Shown piece by piece: positions 27,001 through 41,687 of a DNA stretch of 64,000 nucleotides; the stretch's first letter is position 1, and every line of letters starts with the position of its first letter. This DNA is from Isurus oxyrinchus (taxonomy: Eukaryota). Where the stretch lies: NCBI GenBank assembly GCA_026770705.1, contig JANJGN010000008.1, positions 173,104,001 to 173,168,000 on the forward strand, in the 5' to 3' direction. The translations under genes were made by a program, and so were the position numbers. Below the pieces are notes generated by a model, which saw only the letters and a program-made list of their open reading frames with translations, searched no databases and had not been told where the DNA came from.

Positions 27001-27929
27001 TGCTAATCTGTTCTCAGCTGAATATGCACACTCACTTATACTCCAGCACCTATCTCATAGGTCTACATTTCTATAGCAACTTGTGTATCGCTCATATATG
27101 TCCCAAAATGCTATTATGGACAGTGAAGTGCAGTCAATATCTTTATGTAAGTAAAGTGCAGGTATTCATGAAGCACAACATTAGCAGTTGACTGTCTTTT
27201 GAGGGGAAGAATTTTGGTGGGCTGGTAAGTCTTTAAACCATAGAGTATTCTAAGGCTATAATGTAAAGTTTACAGCCTCATCAAGATGACATATGTTTGC
27301 TCTGTGCTTCGGTCGCAGTCGGTTCAGTTCCATTCAGCCTTATGTTCATGCAGAATATTATTGCAGGAAGCAATATGCGATGGGAAACATAATAGTTTCT
27401 CACAAACTAAAAAAAGGAAATCAGTCTTTAAAGGGTAATAGAAGCCAGAACTTGTTATTGTTGCAATTTTTCCTATCAATCAAAACAAATAGGAATTCAA
27501 GTTATTTTCAAAAATCAACATTTGTAACAATGGAGAGTATTTTTAGAAATTTGCCAGAATGATTACAGTGAGCATATCCTTAGCTTACAGTCTGGAGAGT
27601 TTATTTCTTTTAAGGTAAGGACACATTTATTTAACTGCCAATGCTGCAGATTTATAGTCAGAAAAGTGATAAACCAGGCTTCCTCTTACATTGCCAAAAC
27701 ACATCTGTAAGTACTGTATTAAAGCAGTAAATCCCAGATGATGAATATAACCTCCATTAAGAACTCAGACCGTAACAAAGTTTAATTACATTTTGGCACT
27801 GGATTATTAAATACAGTTTACCATTATCAAATATATTTTATGAAGTCACCACTTATATATTCAAAGGTGAGGGTGATGCAGAGAGAGGGGAGATAGGACA
27901 ACTCTGCTCAAGTACCAATTATGTGTCTG

Positions 27930-28335
27930 CTATGGCGCGGTGGTAGCACTCTCACCTCTGTATCAAAAGATTCAGATTCAAGTCCCACTCAGGAGGTTCG
28001 AGCGCAAAACTCTTGGCTCACAGTTCAATGCGGTACTGAGGGAGAGCTGCACTGTTGGAGGTGCCACCTTTCAGATGAGTCACAAAATTGAGGCTCTGCC
28101 TGCCCTCTCAGATATAAAAGGTCCAATGGCACTAGTTTCAAGAAGAGCAAGGGAGTTCTTATTGTTGTCCTGGTTAACATTTATCCCTCCATCAACATTA
28201 CAGGGAAAACAGGTTATCTATTTTCATTATCACTTTGCTTTTCCTACCTAACAACACTGATTACAATTCAATTTCAGTGACTGTGAAACATTTTGGGACT
28301 TTTGAGGTTCTGAAAGGCACTATAAAAATCTACAC
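27930..28335 (+). mobile_element. Deu-domain SINE (SacSINE1/AmnSINE-like), near full length
   Basis: tRNA head ggtggtagcactctc...ttcaagtcccactc; gtactgagggag; Deu-domain atggcactagtttcaagaagagcaagggagttc...gtcctgg..atttatccctc; L2-type tail. Confidence 0.85.
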
Positions 28336-31300
28336 CTTTCTTATTTTTTCCTTTAATTATTTATTGAATTTATTTTTTGACATTATATAAATCATTAAAC
28401 GTTTATATTAACCATTCAATAAAATGAGGATGAATGGTTGCCTAGAAGACGCTAATTCCTGCTGCAGTCATGCAGTCTAAGATTATACTTTAACTACAGT
28501 TTCCAACATTTTCCTGGAACTTCTTAAAAATTCACATTGGCACCACCAAAGTTTGAAAGCCCCTCACTGATGGGGCAGCTGTTGCCGGGAAACTTTTCAA
28601 CACGAGGCTTGAACCCCAGGACAGATGTGCCATGATGTGTAGCTCTGGTGCAGTAACTCTGGCGCAAGAGGCATTGCAATCAGGTGTGGTAAAGGATATA
28701 TTCACACCAACAGAAGTTTTCTACATCTCTTGCGAGCTCCTCCGGCTTGTGTCTCGTGAAATTATTTTCCACAAGTTCAATGATATAAAATCTGAGTTTA
28801 CAATGCCCGGTTACAAAGTTCCACTCCCTGAAATGATGAGTGGGAGCTGTTGCCTATTTTCACTTAGTCACTAAGTGAAGCTTCATGGCATCAGAGTCAA
28901 TGCTACGTAGGATGTCTACTCCAAACTGCCTCAAACACAGCATTTTAAACCATTTAATTACATTAACATTGGATATCTCAGAGTCATTGGTAAATATGTA
29001 ATGCATTCCTTTATAACATTTACGATCTGACAATTCCATTGAATAATTTTTCTCTTTAAAAGCTTTAATTGTGCAAGTCTAAATCTGATTGTGAAAGAAT
29101 TAAGTTTGAATGAGTTTATAATTTTTCTAAGATGAACAACAATCAGTGCAGTAGGAAGAAAATTTCAAGTACAGAATGAAAGACATTTAAATTGCAAGAC
29201 TAAATTTCAATTCAACCAGAATATCCTAATGCTTTTCCTGAATCTTCAGTCACGTGTACTTTAACCATGTTCTCTACTATTATTACTATTTTGAGATTAC
29301 GGGCAGCCTATTAAGTTGCTTCATAAAATCATTGATTGCTGATGGATGTACTGCAAACCAGCTAAAAGTATTAGCAGCCTAGACTAATGTACAAAAATAG
29401 AATATTGCCAAATTGACTCATCAAAATGTCGAAATATAGTTTAGGGTTATTAGTACCTAAACATAATTAGGCTGATGAGTGTCTTTACTGAGTGTCATTG
29501 CATCATCACATAAAGCATAGCTTGTGAGGCACTGCTAGCTATCAGAGATATAGCCTAGCTTTCACTTCAGTGGAGATGTAACACACACACGGGTTAAAAA
29601 AAAATCTATTGCAGTAGCATTCGATGATTACTGATTGTGGATCACTTTTACTTTCCTCATCCAGTCTAACTTTGATAACTCGTATATTTTCAAGCTTTGT
29701 TTAATTTATCCAATTTGATGAATTTCTGATTTATAAAAGCATTCTGTTACTCAAACTATGTATTTTTAAAATGTAAAAACTTGGTTTCAGGAGTGGCTAG
29801 TGTTCTGATCATGTTGTCTCAATATGCTGTGTTTTTTTTTGCTGGATTATGATGTTATTATTTTAGAATCTTGCCAGTTTAAACCATATATAAATTTGTG
29901 TCCCAAATAGTTGCTGTAATAAATATTTTTTACTTTAAAACATTCTCTAAATCCACAAAGTAAAATTTCCTGCACGAGTATAATATAGTTTATATTTAAA
30001 AATATCGATATTGCAGTTCAAACTACACCTGAACTTAGGTTACAGAATAGTTTAATACTTTGAAGAACTTTTGTGTCCTATTATCTGCTACCAGTCACAA
30101 GGAGATCGATCCAGTGGTCTGTTTGAACAGATGTATGTTGTTTAATTTATGTTTCAAAATTGATTTTAATGGATTTTTTAAAAGTCAAGAGAATTGATTT
30201 GGATTGTCAATATTCAACTGTGACTTCAGTATTAAAGGAAAATTATTTATTTCCATAATTCTGGTGTTACGTGATTGTTAAAAAAATCTTATCTTGGCTG
30301 CAGTTTTCAGACTATAATTGGTAAAGTATTGCCTTGTGGGCGTTCAGTCAGTATCACACATTCATCAGTCACTTGTGAAACTTAACTTGGTCAGTAAAGA
30401 GACCCCATGTCTGAAGCCAAGCAGGTACCAACTTTGGCTGCAACACCAATTATGCAGCAACGTTAGAGCCAACTGCTTGGCTTCAGTTTATTTTCCTGTG
30501 TGCGATCTGCCCTTTCACTGCTTTTATTGGACTCAAGGCTTTGATTGATGTCTCAGTTTACATCCGGGTAATTACTTAGACATATGTTTTCAAAGTTACT
30601 ATTGTGGTAAAAGCCTAAGCCAAACTGCCTATCAGATGCTCCACTTTGTTTAAAAGGGATAACAATGTGTGATTTATTGCACTAGATATTATAGTTTGTA
30701 TTAATTGGGAAGTCAAGGTGAAGGTTCATAGTTCATTGGTCCTTGGGTACAACTAAAATTAAGAAGTATAAAAGATGGAAATCAGGAGGTAGTGTATATG
30801 GGATCCCCAAATGTAATTGTAAGAGTCAGAAGATCATCTGTAGTAGGAAAGACCAGGCAAAATAAATACTTCCATAAGTAGGAGGTGCTGAAAAGTGTAA
30901 GTAGGCTAAGCAGACACAATACCTGGGGTAATGATGCCATATTGAGTATTACATTTGCTCATTCTAACTGTGTTTTGAACAGCACAATAGGAATAGACTG
31001 ACAGAATTACTTCAATTCAGAATCCAGAAATGTTATTATGTAGAACAGCAAGATCGTTTATGTCATGTGTAGTTTCTCGTGGAATTTCTCACACATGAAT
31101 TTCTGGCAGCAATTGATTCCCAGAGCAGTTTAAGAAATGTGAAAAAGTATACATTATGATTATTCATTCTTCTGTGATCAAGGTATGTCCTCCAATCACA
31201 ATACTGTAGAATAATATTTTCAAGACATATCAGTTCAATCTTTAACATGAGGCAGGGAACTTGATTAACTGGCTTCACATGAACCATGGACAACAGTATT

Positions 31301-33199
31301 TTCCTTATGCTGTGAGGTGCTTGCATCTATATGATAAGAATCCGAGTGCTCATGGTAACTCCGTAATGGGCAATGGGGTTTATCAGCTGGAACTTCCATG
31401 TACATGTGAACTTCATCCATAACATGGAGATATTTTTCCAATAGCATCAAGAGACTCAGTGTTATAAAGTTTTGTTGGGAGAGACTTTCATGCATCATTA
31501 CATTTATTGTGCAATATTACTTTTGTAACCAAAAAGTGTGTCCCTTTTCCATGCTTAATTTTATTTCAGCATTAGATAATTACATCCGTATACATTTTTA
31601 ATCTCTTAGAACAATTCTGTTGCAAAGTGCTTTTGGAGAATAATTTGATGCTTTTGACTGGCTGTGAGGTGATGCATTTACTGGAACCAAGGTAGTTTAG
31701 CCATGGCCTTGGGGTGTGTAACTTTTGACAAGTACTTCAGAAACCTCCTATTTTAAAAAAATCATACTGCTCATTTGTCCAGTAATTTAAACAGGTTTTA
31801 ATTTATTTTTAAGCATTAGAATTCAAGGATTGAATGTTTGGCATAAAAGGAACAATCCTCGTGTCGTAGGCGCAGTAATGTGATTTATATATCAGTATAT
31901 TTGACAAAATTTAAGAATGCCCTATACACCAACAAGGTTAAATGGTGATCCGTCAAAACCTGTTAATAAGCCACACAATCACAAGATTCAGAACAAAGAA
32001 TTTTAAGGAAAAATATCTAACTAACTAATGCATTCTTTTATTTTTAATTTTGCCTTAAGTTAAGCAAGCCTGCCTCCTGCAATAGTATATAATCCTGTAT
32101 CTGTATGAAATTAAAACTCCAAGAAAATACTTAAAAGTATTAGGCTTTGAAATTTACCTGATCACACATAAATTACTTGTGGAAGTTGTTGTGAGAATGG
32201 CAAGCTCACTTTGGGCTCCCACACTGGGAAACACAGCTGTTGATTCTTAAGTGAGAGCCCAGTTTAATCAGAAAGATAATGAGATTGGCAATATTAAAGA
32301 TTGTTTTTCATATTTATAAACAGTATTAATTATAAATAGGTTGAAGTAATAAAATGAGAGGGTTTATCCACCGGTTGTAGCAGCTGTTTTAACCTACATT
32401 AAAGCATATTGAGGTCACCGTCATCTTAAATCATTTTGTCTTCTCTTCATATATAACTTTGTGTCAGTCAACAACTTTGCCCATGCAAAATTCCATGCAG
32501 CTCATACAGCCAAGCATCTAGAGCACAATCTAACCATTTGAATAGGTTAACTTTCAAAGTTCTAGTAACACAACCAAAACCCATGAAGCTCTGAAACACC
32601 AGATTAACACAACAGTGCAAACTAATAACAATACCACTTCCAGGAATCAATTTTCAGAGTCATCCACAACCCGAAGCTCACTCACTACCACAACATACCA
32701 TATATTTTAATATATCATGTTATAAACATGGCTTTTTTAAAAAAAAAAGAATATGTCAAAATAAATATTGAAAATAAGGAATGGAAAGTCAAGGAGCAAA
32801 GTACCTGCTCAACAACGTCTACCTTTAAAAAGAATACGCCTAACACTATTCATTTTAAAGTATTTCTGAAACTTCATAACTGATACTATTCAGACCTTCG
32901 TTCCAGAGCACCATTGATTTTGCGCTCATTAATGCTTTACCTAACCATAAAGAAACAGGATCAGAGAACTGAGTTGAATGAGGATTCATCTCACTTTGAA
33001 TCAGGGTATAGTGTATGTGCCCAACACCAGAAAAGGCTGAAGAACACCAGTTACAATGACATCAAAGTGGAGTGCGGTGTGCTAGGGTGGGATTCTAGGC
33101 CTATATCAAATGATGAAGCAACAGAAATGTTCTTGGTGGTCAATCTCTGCAGCGTTTACAGTTTGAATGCATTTCAAACAAAAGCGCAGTCAAGTGGGC

Positions 33200-33335
33200 T
33201 ACATGATGTAATTAGATCCAACCCTCACAACTCTGGCAGCTGTGTTCAAATCTGACCCAAACAGATGGGATGAATGTCACTCTGTTTGTGGGCTGCAATG
33301 GTCCGATATGAAATGAATTGAAATGAAAATGAATA
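33200..33335 (+). mobile_element. Possible LF-SINE-like head remnant
   Basis: gttcaaatctgaccca...ggctgcaatggtccgatatgaaatgaattg resembles the LF-SINE 5' consensus as I recall it. Confidence 0.35.
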
Positions 33336-36300
33336 TCAAGTTGGTTCCACAGCAAAAAGCCAGCTGGTGTGAGAAATTAAGAAATTACTATAGAGTAGGA
33401 AATGCTTCTCTGAAATTGCATTTCATGTAGTGGAGAGGAAACTTTACTCTATATAAATACAAAAAATCTTATTTGTGATTACCCAATACTAATATGGGTC
33501 ACCAGTACTGACAACTTTCAATTAAAATTCACAAAAAAAATCCAAACATATATCCTGTGAACAGTTACATGGGCTCTGTTAATATTCTTTATTCTAAAGG
33601 CTCTGCTATGATTGTCACAGTCCGTGAATGACACAACTCTGAAAATAAGTCAGCCACCTACTAATTAATTTCTATGGAATGTAAACTGACACCACATTTT
33701 TAAAATTATTTAATTAATTAATTGAGATATGTTACCAGCCTCACCACTAAGGATGGCTTGCTGGAGTACTATTTTAGCAATGTTGGTCTCATTCTCTGTC
33801 CAAGTTGGTTGTGAATAGGATATCACAACTAGCACTGTTTCTAATCTCCCCTGTGGCCTTTCTGCTCTATACAGTCAAACATGGTGTTTTTATCTTAAAG
33901 CCACAGGGGAAACTTGGAACCATTCAGGCAATGCCCATACAACAGGATATTACTGTGGGTGATTGTGGGTACTTAGAAGTCAGTAGGTGATATTATAAAC
34001 GAGGTTCCCTGCCTAGCTCATAAATCACTTTAAAATATATTTACCACAAGTCAAAGCAGGTCCATCAGATTATCTGATTCATTTTATTGGAATAATACAA
34101 CCTTTTTATTTAGGACCTTTAGACCTTCCATTCAAGGCTTTCAGCCTAGACGTGGGATGTTCGACCACAAGTCGCATCACAACATACGCTGCTTCCAGCT
34201 AAATCACTGGTTAGCCATCTAGAGGTGGAAACCAGGTGTTTTTATTATATTCCCTAGCCTAAGAACACTGGGCTCAATTGTAATGTTTTGGTTTCCTTGA
34301 TATTTGAGCTCAACCCAATCAGCTGAAAGTCCTGAGGAAGAGGTTTACACCGGCTGCCCTCTGTTTCTCCATAGATGCTAACTGACCCGCTGAATATCTC
34401 CTGCTTGTTCTGTTTCTGTTTTCAGCTGAGTGTTTTGGAGATTTTAATCCTGCAAGGTGGGGAGGACAGGCCGGCAGAGACCCGTTCTCGCTGGTCACAC
34501 ACTGTGCCTAATAAAGGCTACAAACACACTACAGCTTGCCTCGCCTGTAGGAAAAACTATTCAATGGGTTCCCAACATATTTTCTGCTTATGCTACGAAC
34601 AGACCAGAATTAATAAAAAAAGAGTGAGAAAGGTGGATGTACTAAGTGGCACCTAGTGATGTAATGACATGAAATCGTTAATTGTGTAATTGCAGTAACC
34701 ATTTTAATTGGATACTTTAGTGCTTTGGTGCCAGGGTGGTTGCTAAGGGAACAGTTATTGACTCGTGTTAGAGTTCCCGGAGCACGCTTGTGTTTAGATA
34801 CGGCAACACAATCTCTGATGCCCCCAAAGCGAGGGGGAATAGTATCATTGAAAATGTTCACGATTGTTTTAATTAATAGGAACGAGTTTTGTCACTCAGA
34901 TAAGAGGATTCAGAATGTGCCAATCACAATGCTCCACTTAAACCAAAATACAGCGAAGAACTGAATAACGGTACGGGGTGCAATTACTTGGTAGCATTCT
35001 TTTTTTCACTGCAATGTGATTTTGTTTATGTCACGGTACGGCTAACTTGCTAATACATCTTATTCTCTGGCTCCAAGGGCAAGTTTGTTTTCCTAAATAA
35101 AAGCGGCATTTGTTTGTATTGTGTAAAATAACTATGTTGGGAGGGAGTTGATAACTTTACTACAACCTTGGAGTTCAGTTGACAGACATAGCCGCTTTTG
35201 CCCGTGTGTTTTATGGCACTGTCGGAAGCTCTTGATTTGCCTCCTCCGATCTATTCGACAATTAAAACCCTAAACACTGAGCGTGAGCGTGCTTCACGAA
35301 TGAGAGAAAATGTGCAGGATGATACCGCTATGCTATGTTGGCCATGATGTAAGTGCAGCCCTGTGTCGCTCTGCAAGATTGATGCTGCAAAAAAGCGACC
35401 TCCCTCCTCAATATTCCGCAGCCCCACCACAAAGTCCATTCGCACGGACTGTCCAGACACAAGCTTTCCCATTCTGTCTGCAAATTCACACTCATACCGC
35501 GCACACACAGGCAGCAGTAACGTTAATCCAGCCCAGCCGACACATGAATTGGTCCTTATATTTGGGTCGTTAATTGCACCAGTCTGTGTGGGGGTACCTC
35601 CCTCTCGTGTATTGATGTTTTATAGAGCTATAAGGTTTTTTTAAAAAAAAAACTTGCATTTATATAGCTCCTATCACGACTTCAGGGCATCCCAAAGCGC
35701 TTCGCCACATAGGAAGTACTGTTTGAAGTGTATGGTTGTAAATTAAACTATAAACAACCAAATTGTTTTAATGTTCAGTGGTCTTTGACTAGCAATTATT
35801 CCAATCCTGAACCGTTCGGAGTTTCTATGTTTCCTGGTTAATTTGATTACAATGGATTACACAGCTTTGTAAGAAGGGCGGCGCAGTGTTAAAAGGATCC
35901 CACCCACAGAATGGGTGAAATATATAACTGCACTGAGATCACTATAGAAATCGCACGTTAAGCTCATCACGCTCCCCAACTCTGTAATCTTTCTTAGACC
36001 TTCATAGCCGATTGTGCCCTGCACAAATCCTCACATCGCCTGCTAAAGGTCAACCCCATACACTTGTTTTTGGGGGGAAAAAAAACAAGGTGATCTGTTG
36101 AGAGCTCCCACAGCAGTGGCGTGAATAGCACCGTCCAGTATATGTACCACCCCTTATACCGAATCCAGCATGTTTGTTAATGAGCACAACAGCCAACAAA
36201 GTTGCCATTGCTCTTCCCTTCTCCCCACCGTCGGTGTTATGGAAAATAAGAAAACAGCCCAAAATTAACTTACTGCTACACATGGAAAATATTCATATTT

Positions 36301-38810
36301 CTTCATGACAGAGGTCACTCAGACATGGTTATTTACGCGCCCAGATGCTAAAAGCGGTGCTCAAGCACATAATTAGCACCACCCTCGGCAATTTATTGCA
36401 CTGCTTTCAATTATTCCCAGCCTAGGGTCCCCTGGAAACACCGATTGGATGGCGAGCATGTCAAATGTCAACACCTATATTGGTGGCATTTGTTTTTGAA
36501 AACTGCCTCTTTAAGGAGCGGGAAGGTCCATAAGGTGCGAGTTAATTCCCCACTCTGACCCCATACACACGGAGTTGGCTTGTGGAAAAAGTTCATTTAC
36601 TTCAATAAGCATCCAGATAACAGCGTTGTTCTAGCGTATGGTTTTATTTGTTTCACGCTATAAATTATATTAAAAAAAGTTGGTAAACTGAGCCCTGTTT
36701 TTATCGGATACACTGTGATAAATTGGTCCTGTTTGAAAGTTAGCTATTTCATTCCGCTTTGCAGGCTCCATTTCTATGTGACTAATCGAAAGACTCGGTA
36801 ATTGGCCTCCAATTTGATTTTAAAGTAAAAAAAAAATAACAGTAGTTTATTACAAAGTGCAATAAACGTAAAATAGATTTTCAAACCTTTTAAATCTTTT
36901 TAGAGTTCTACCAATACCCAGTGCCCTAAGGCATGAAATTCTATACCTGCACCTTAAATGTTACTGATTCAGAATTCAGAACGAATTCACATATTCAGCT
37001 CTTGCGAATATGAACAAGTCAACTTTAACAGATAAAAAAACACGAATGCGTGAGATTTAACTCCTCAGCAGAACGGACTGCAGGAAGTAAATGAAGAGAC
37101 ATAAATTTGACGATTATACACACAAACACACACACACAGACATTATATGGGAGGGATCTAGATTTTTTTTGGGGGGGGTATTAACTATTTTAATTCACCT
37201 CGAAAGCATTGTTTGAATATGATAGCTCTGATAAGTCCAACTATGTTCGAAATTTTAAGAGAATTCATTTATCAGGCTCCCACAGCATGTGTCATATGCC
37301 ATTATATATCTGTAAAACATACTTGCTCGAAGCTAAAATGTTGTTTATTAATAGAGCACAAAATCAAGATAAAAGATTCGCAGCAATGAAATAACTAAGA
37401 TATGATAGGATCATTTTACTGGTGGTTTGGTCAAATTGTCGGTCTATATTTTTGATGCGACTCCAAACGTGCACAACATTTCTTCCACTATAATTTGCAG
37501 CATGTAAAACTCACATAAAACACATGTGAAATATAAATACTTCTTGCTGGACAGACGCAATTACTGGCAACAAACTCAGATGCGGATCCAAACAACACTT
37601 GCATGGTTTCATATCGATTATCCCTGGTACTTACTGGCGCAGCGATTGACGTGGAAGCTGGAGAGATGCCTCCCATTTGGGGCATTAATAGTGCAAAGAA
37701 AATTCGAGTCATACCTTTCATTTTGTGAATTTATGTACTAACTATCAGCAAAATAAGGAGAAATCTACTTCCTGTCAGAATTCCTGCAAATGATTCATCC
37801 GTGTCTTCGCCCCTGAAATGGATAGTAACTGTACTGCAGCAATCCAATACATCCCAGTGACTAGATCCCCACAGTGCGGAAGGCTCCACATTACTTTCAA
37901 TTGATATCACACAGGGTTTGATCTAAAGACTGAATCCTGAGACATCATCAATACTTCTACGAAAAAGCTCTGGAATGGTCTGAAAATCTTGCACACCCTT
38001 TTGCAGGACACCTCTAACTTGAAATCAATTATTCGTCCGTGCCCAGGCTGAGCTGGATTGTATTATTTTGCAATGATATTTCAATTTGTTTCTTTAACAT
38101 GCAACACACCCCACAAGCCTCTTTGAGAAGTGAGGGCAGCAGTGCAATATAGCACTGGCAATCCGGATTCAATCCAAATAGTCGCATTCTGAGTAGGGAC
38201 TGGTTGGGAATTTAAATTACAAAGGGAAGTTAAATTGACAAGTTGATTAATAAAAAGGGGCAGTATAATTTCCCAGTTGTGGAAAAAAAATGGAAAATTC
38301 TGACCTTGTAAAATGTTTCAATGTGGCACACAATACCTATGCCGGCCTCACAAAGCGGACACAAAGGCCTTTCTGTTCCTCTCTCATAATTACATTACCT
38401 ACATTGCACATCATGGAAGGAGTGGAGATTATTTTCATGAAATTGTCTAAATGAATCGCACAGTTATGTGAAAGAAAGCGGAATTTAATGAACAAAACAT
38501 CAGGCGATTGCTAAGAAGCTAAAAAAAAAGATATTCAGAACGGGTGAAAACTAAAACGTAAATACAAGTTGTTGAGGAGGGTGGATGATATGTTCGGTAC
38601 TTTTGTCCATTCGCGGAGTTTTAATGTGGACACTGGTTTTGGATGAGACCTGAGGGAATTTTTGATCTGACGATTGGAGCTTTGAAACTTCCTGTCAACT
38701 TTCAAATCCACACTATTCTGTAAAGGACAGGCTGTGATCACCTGTCCGGATACCTGAGGCGTGCGATCTGCTTTAGTGATTTATTGGAAGGACCTATTTA
38801 AAACCCTCAC

Positions 38811-39242
38811 NNNNNNNNNNNNNNNNNNNNNNNNNNNNNNNNNNNNNNNNNNNNNNNNNNNNNNNNNNNNNNNNNNNNNNNNNNNNNNNNNNNNNNNNNN
38901 NNNNNNNNNNNNNNNNNNNNNNNNNNNNNNNNNNNNNNNNNNNNNNNNNNNNNNNNNNNNNNNNNNNNNNNNNNNNNNNNNNNNNNNNNNNNNNNNNNNN
39001 NNNNNNNNNNNNNNNNNNNNNNNNNNNNNNNNNNNNNNNNNNNNNNNNNNNNNNNNNNNNNNNNNNNNNNNNNNNNNNNNNNNNNNNNNNNNNNNNNNNN
39101 NNNNNNNNNNNNNNNNNNNNNNNNNNNNNNNNNNNNNNNNNNNNNNNNNNNNNNNNNNNNNNNNNNNNNNNNNNNNNNNNNNNNNNNNNNNNNNNNNNNN
39201 NNNNNNNNNNNNNNNNNNNNNNNNNNNNNNNNNNNNNNNNNN
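38811..39242. other. Assembly gap (432 N) in intron 4
   Basis: Run of N. Confidence 1.
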
Positions 39243-39499
39243 TTTTAAATTACAATTTTCACTGATGAAAAGTCGGTTTAATAAAGATCCTGTAGCTCAT
39301 AAAATGTTATCTTTAAAAGTGCTTCAAATGTTGATTATGAAATATTAATGCGCCGTATCCAAATATTTCATTCTATCCTTTCTAAAGCGGACTCTTCCAT
39401 GCTTTTCATCTTAAAGAGAAGCTTAACGCACTTCAAGAACCTTCACCAAGCGGGAAAGGAAACAGCCATCTAGATTCCCAAGGGAACGTAGGTTCTTAC

Positions 39500-39621
39500 C
39501 TGAAATAATCCACTTTGCAGAAAATTTCTTTGTTTTTAATGTAACAGCTGGTATGTCTGCGTAGGGAGGTCCTGCAGACTGAACATACCAAACAACGAAC
39601 GTGCCAGATCAGGTTATTCAC
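39500..39621 (-). CDS. LHX6: LHX6 coding exon 4 (LIM1: [41 protein letters not shown])
   Basis: Translated by hand (absent from the ORF track); ttgcag|GTG ... TTC AG|gtaaga; 122 nt, ends in phase 2. Confidence 0.97.
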
Positions 39622-41687
39622 CTGCAATGTAACACACAAAATCCATCAGCTGCCACAGAGTCAGATTAAACACTTCAGTCACTTAACCTGGACACATCCG
39701 AATGCGCAATAAGTGTTACATTCATGATTAACCTGTTTAGAATGTAATTCCGATGGAACTTGTGTATTTTGCCTGATCTATTTTAGAACCAGGGAGTGTG
39801 ATGATAGTGTAACAGCATCCAGAAATGCGTATGTAAAACAGTGTTCTGTTTGCACTGAAATACATCCAGAAATGTCAAATGCGGACATTGGTATTACTTC
39901 CTGATGATATCTTGTAACTATAAAATGTATACAATTCAACTGAGAATTTCTTATTGAGCATCATGGGTTTGTCGCTTATGTTGAAAGCGCAAAGTAGAAT
40001 AATCGGTTTTACTTTGCGCTTGTGGTTTTATATATATAATAAATATGACGCAAATTATCATAACGTATTTGTAACGTATAATGGATAAATAACGAGATCG
40101 CCTTGGTGCTTCAGACGAAAGGAATATTTCATAAGGTCCTAAATATCGAAGGATTAAATTTTACTTAAGTTATTTGAACACCTAATGTTGTTTATGAAGC
40201 CATTTTCTGCAGATCCATGAGTCAATCGGTTAAGATGGACCTGCCTCTGTATGCGAAACATAAGTATTTGCTGATGAAAATAGTGAGGTTTGGCCCTGAG
40301 AGTCACCATCGTCAGATACATTCATGTGGTTGTGCCTATTGCATTAGGCAAAAAAAAAACTCTGCAAGGGCTTCATATAGAGGGGATGTGGATATCCATA
40401 TAGTGCTTTGTTTTAAAGGGAAATCGGCAGAGTTGGATCATAGTTTGACATTAAACAATTATTCTTTCCACCCGCCGCCCCGCCCCCATCCGTCCTCATC
40501 TGCTTTACAGTGTCAAAAGGTCGAAAATGGTGCATTCGATAGAACTTTGAATTCGAAGTACTTCAAAGTTTAACAGCAACTCCAGTCATCAAGGTTGAAA
40601 GCAACACGCGATGTATCCACTCATGATGGCTGCGCACAGACATTAATTAAATACACGAATCTGTAGAAAACCAGCGGGTCACAGCTCAGGGATCGGAATG
40701 GTTCCCCCGTTGTGGCACTTTCCCGAACAGTTCGGCTGAAATCGCATTTGGCAACATTGGGACGATCTCGGAGTTGAATGTGTGCACTAACGGATACAAC
40801 TGCATGTGCAGTTTACACCTAGTGAGCTCCTCCCTCTCGCCTAGAGCTCGGGTAATAAAAGTAATCATTCATTTTATTAAAAAAAAAGTTGTTCGATTCA
40901 GTCAATATTTCTGTCCAGACTGATTAGCATTGCCACTTACCAGGAGTTAATAACCAACAACTAATATTCCACACTTTTCTAAATTGTAAATGTACAGAGT
41001 ATTATTTTCTAATTCCCATTCATTGGTGCCCAACCTCGGGTTATTTTCCATAAACCTCCATCTGCCCAAGGTGCAGAACACCTCCAATATCAGCATCAGG
41101 GATACTGGGAATTTTGGACTCGAGTTTTAACCTGGCGCGTTCAGTGACAGTTTATGCAGTCGGCCCTTGCTGTATTACTTTTTAACGCGGCGCTTTGATA
41201 CCCCCTTTAGATGCTGCATTTCAAACTTTGGGAGTTACCATCCCTCACTACGTTTATTTAAAACACTGGAATTAACGAGTACATCTCTTTACCGCAGCAT
41301 TGCATTGTCAGGTTTGGTGGGGGGAGGGGGGAGGGGTTGGCATATTGTTGAACTGTACATTTAAAATACATACATTTTATGTTTCTTGCAAAAAAAAATA
41401 ACTCTGGAGGATATATCAACGTTAAATCGGAATTGACGCAGTGAGTAATCTGAATCGGGCCACATCTATTTTCATTAGTCCCGCTAACGAGAGAAGACCA
41501 ACACTTCAAGGCACAGTTTATCCTCTCTGTGTCCATTATTCTCTTTACTTTTCTAACTCAGCTGAGATTCAAGACTATTTGTTTATTGGGTGAGCGCGCA
41601 TTATTCGAATTGCGCCTATCTGATGAATCGATACGGCGATGTTACTCTGGCGTTGTCCCCCTTGTGACCTCTCATTAAAATACTCAC

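Noticed and set aside
27930-28010. tRNA gene
   Set aside because: The A/B-box-like sequence is a SINE head running into a Deu domain; no full cloverleaf
38761-39348. 195-aa ORF
   Set aside because: Spans the N gap; artefact
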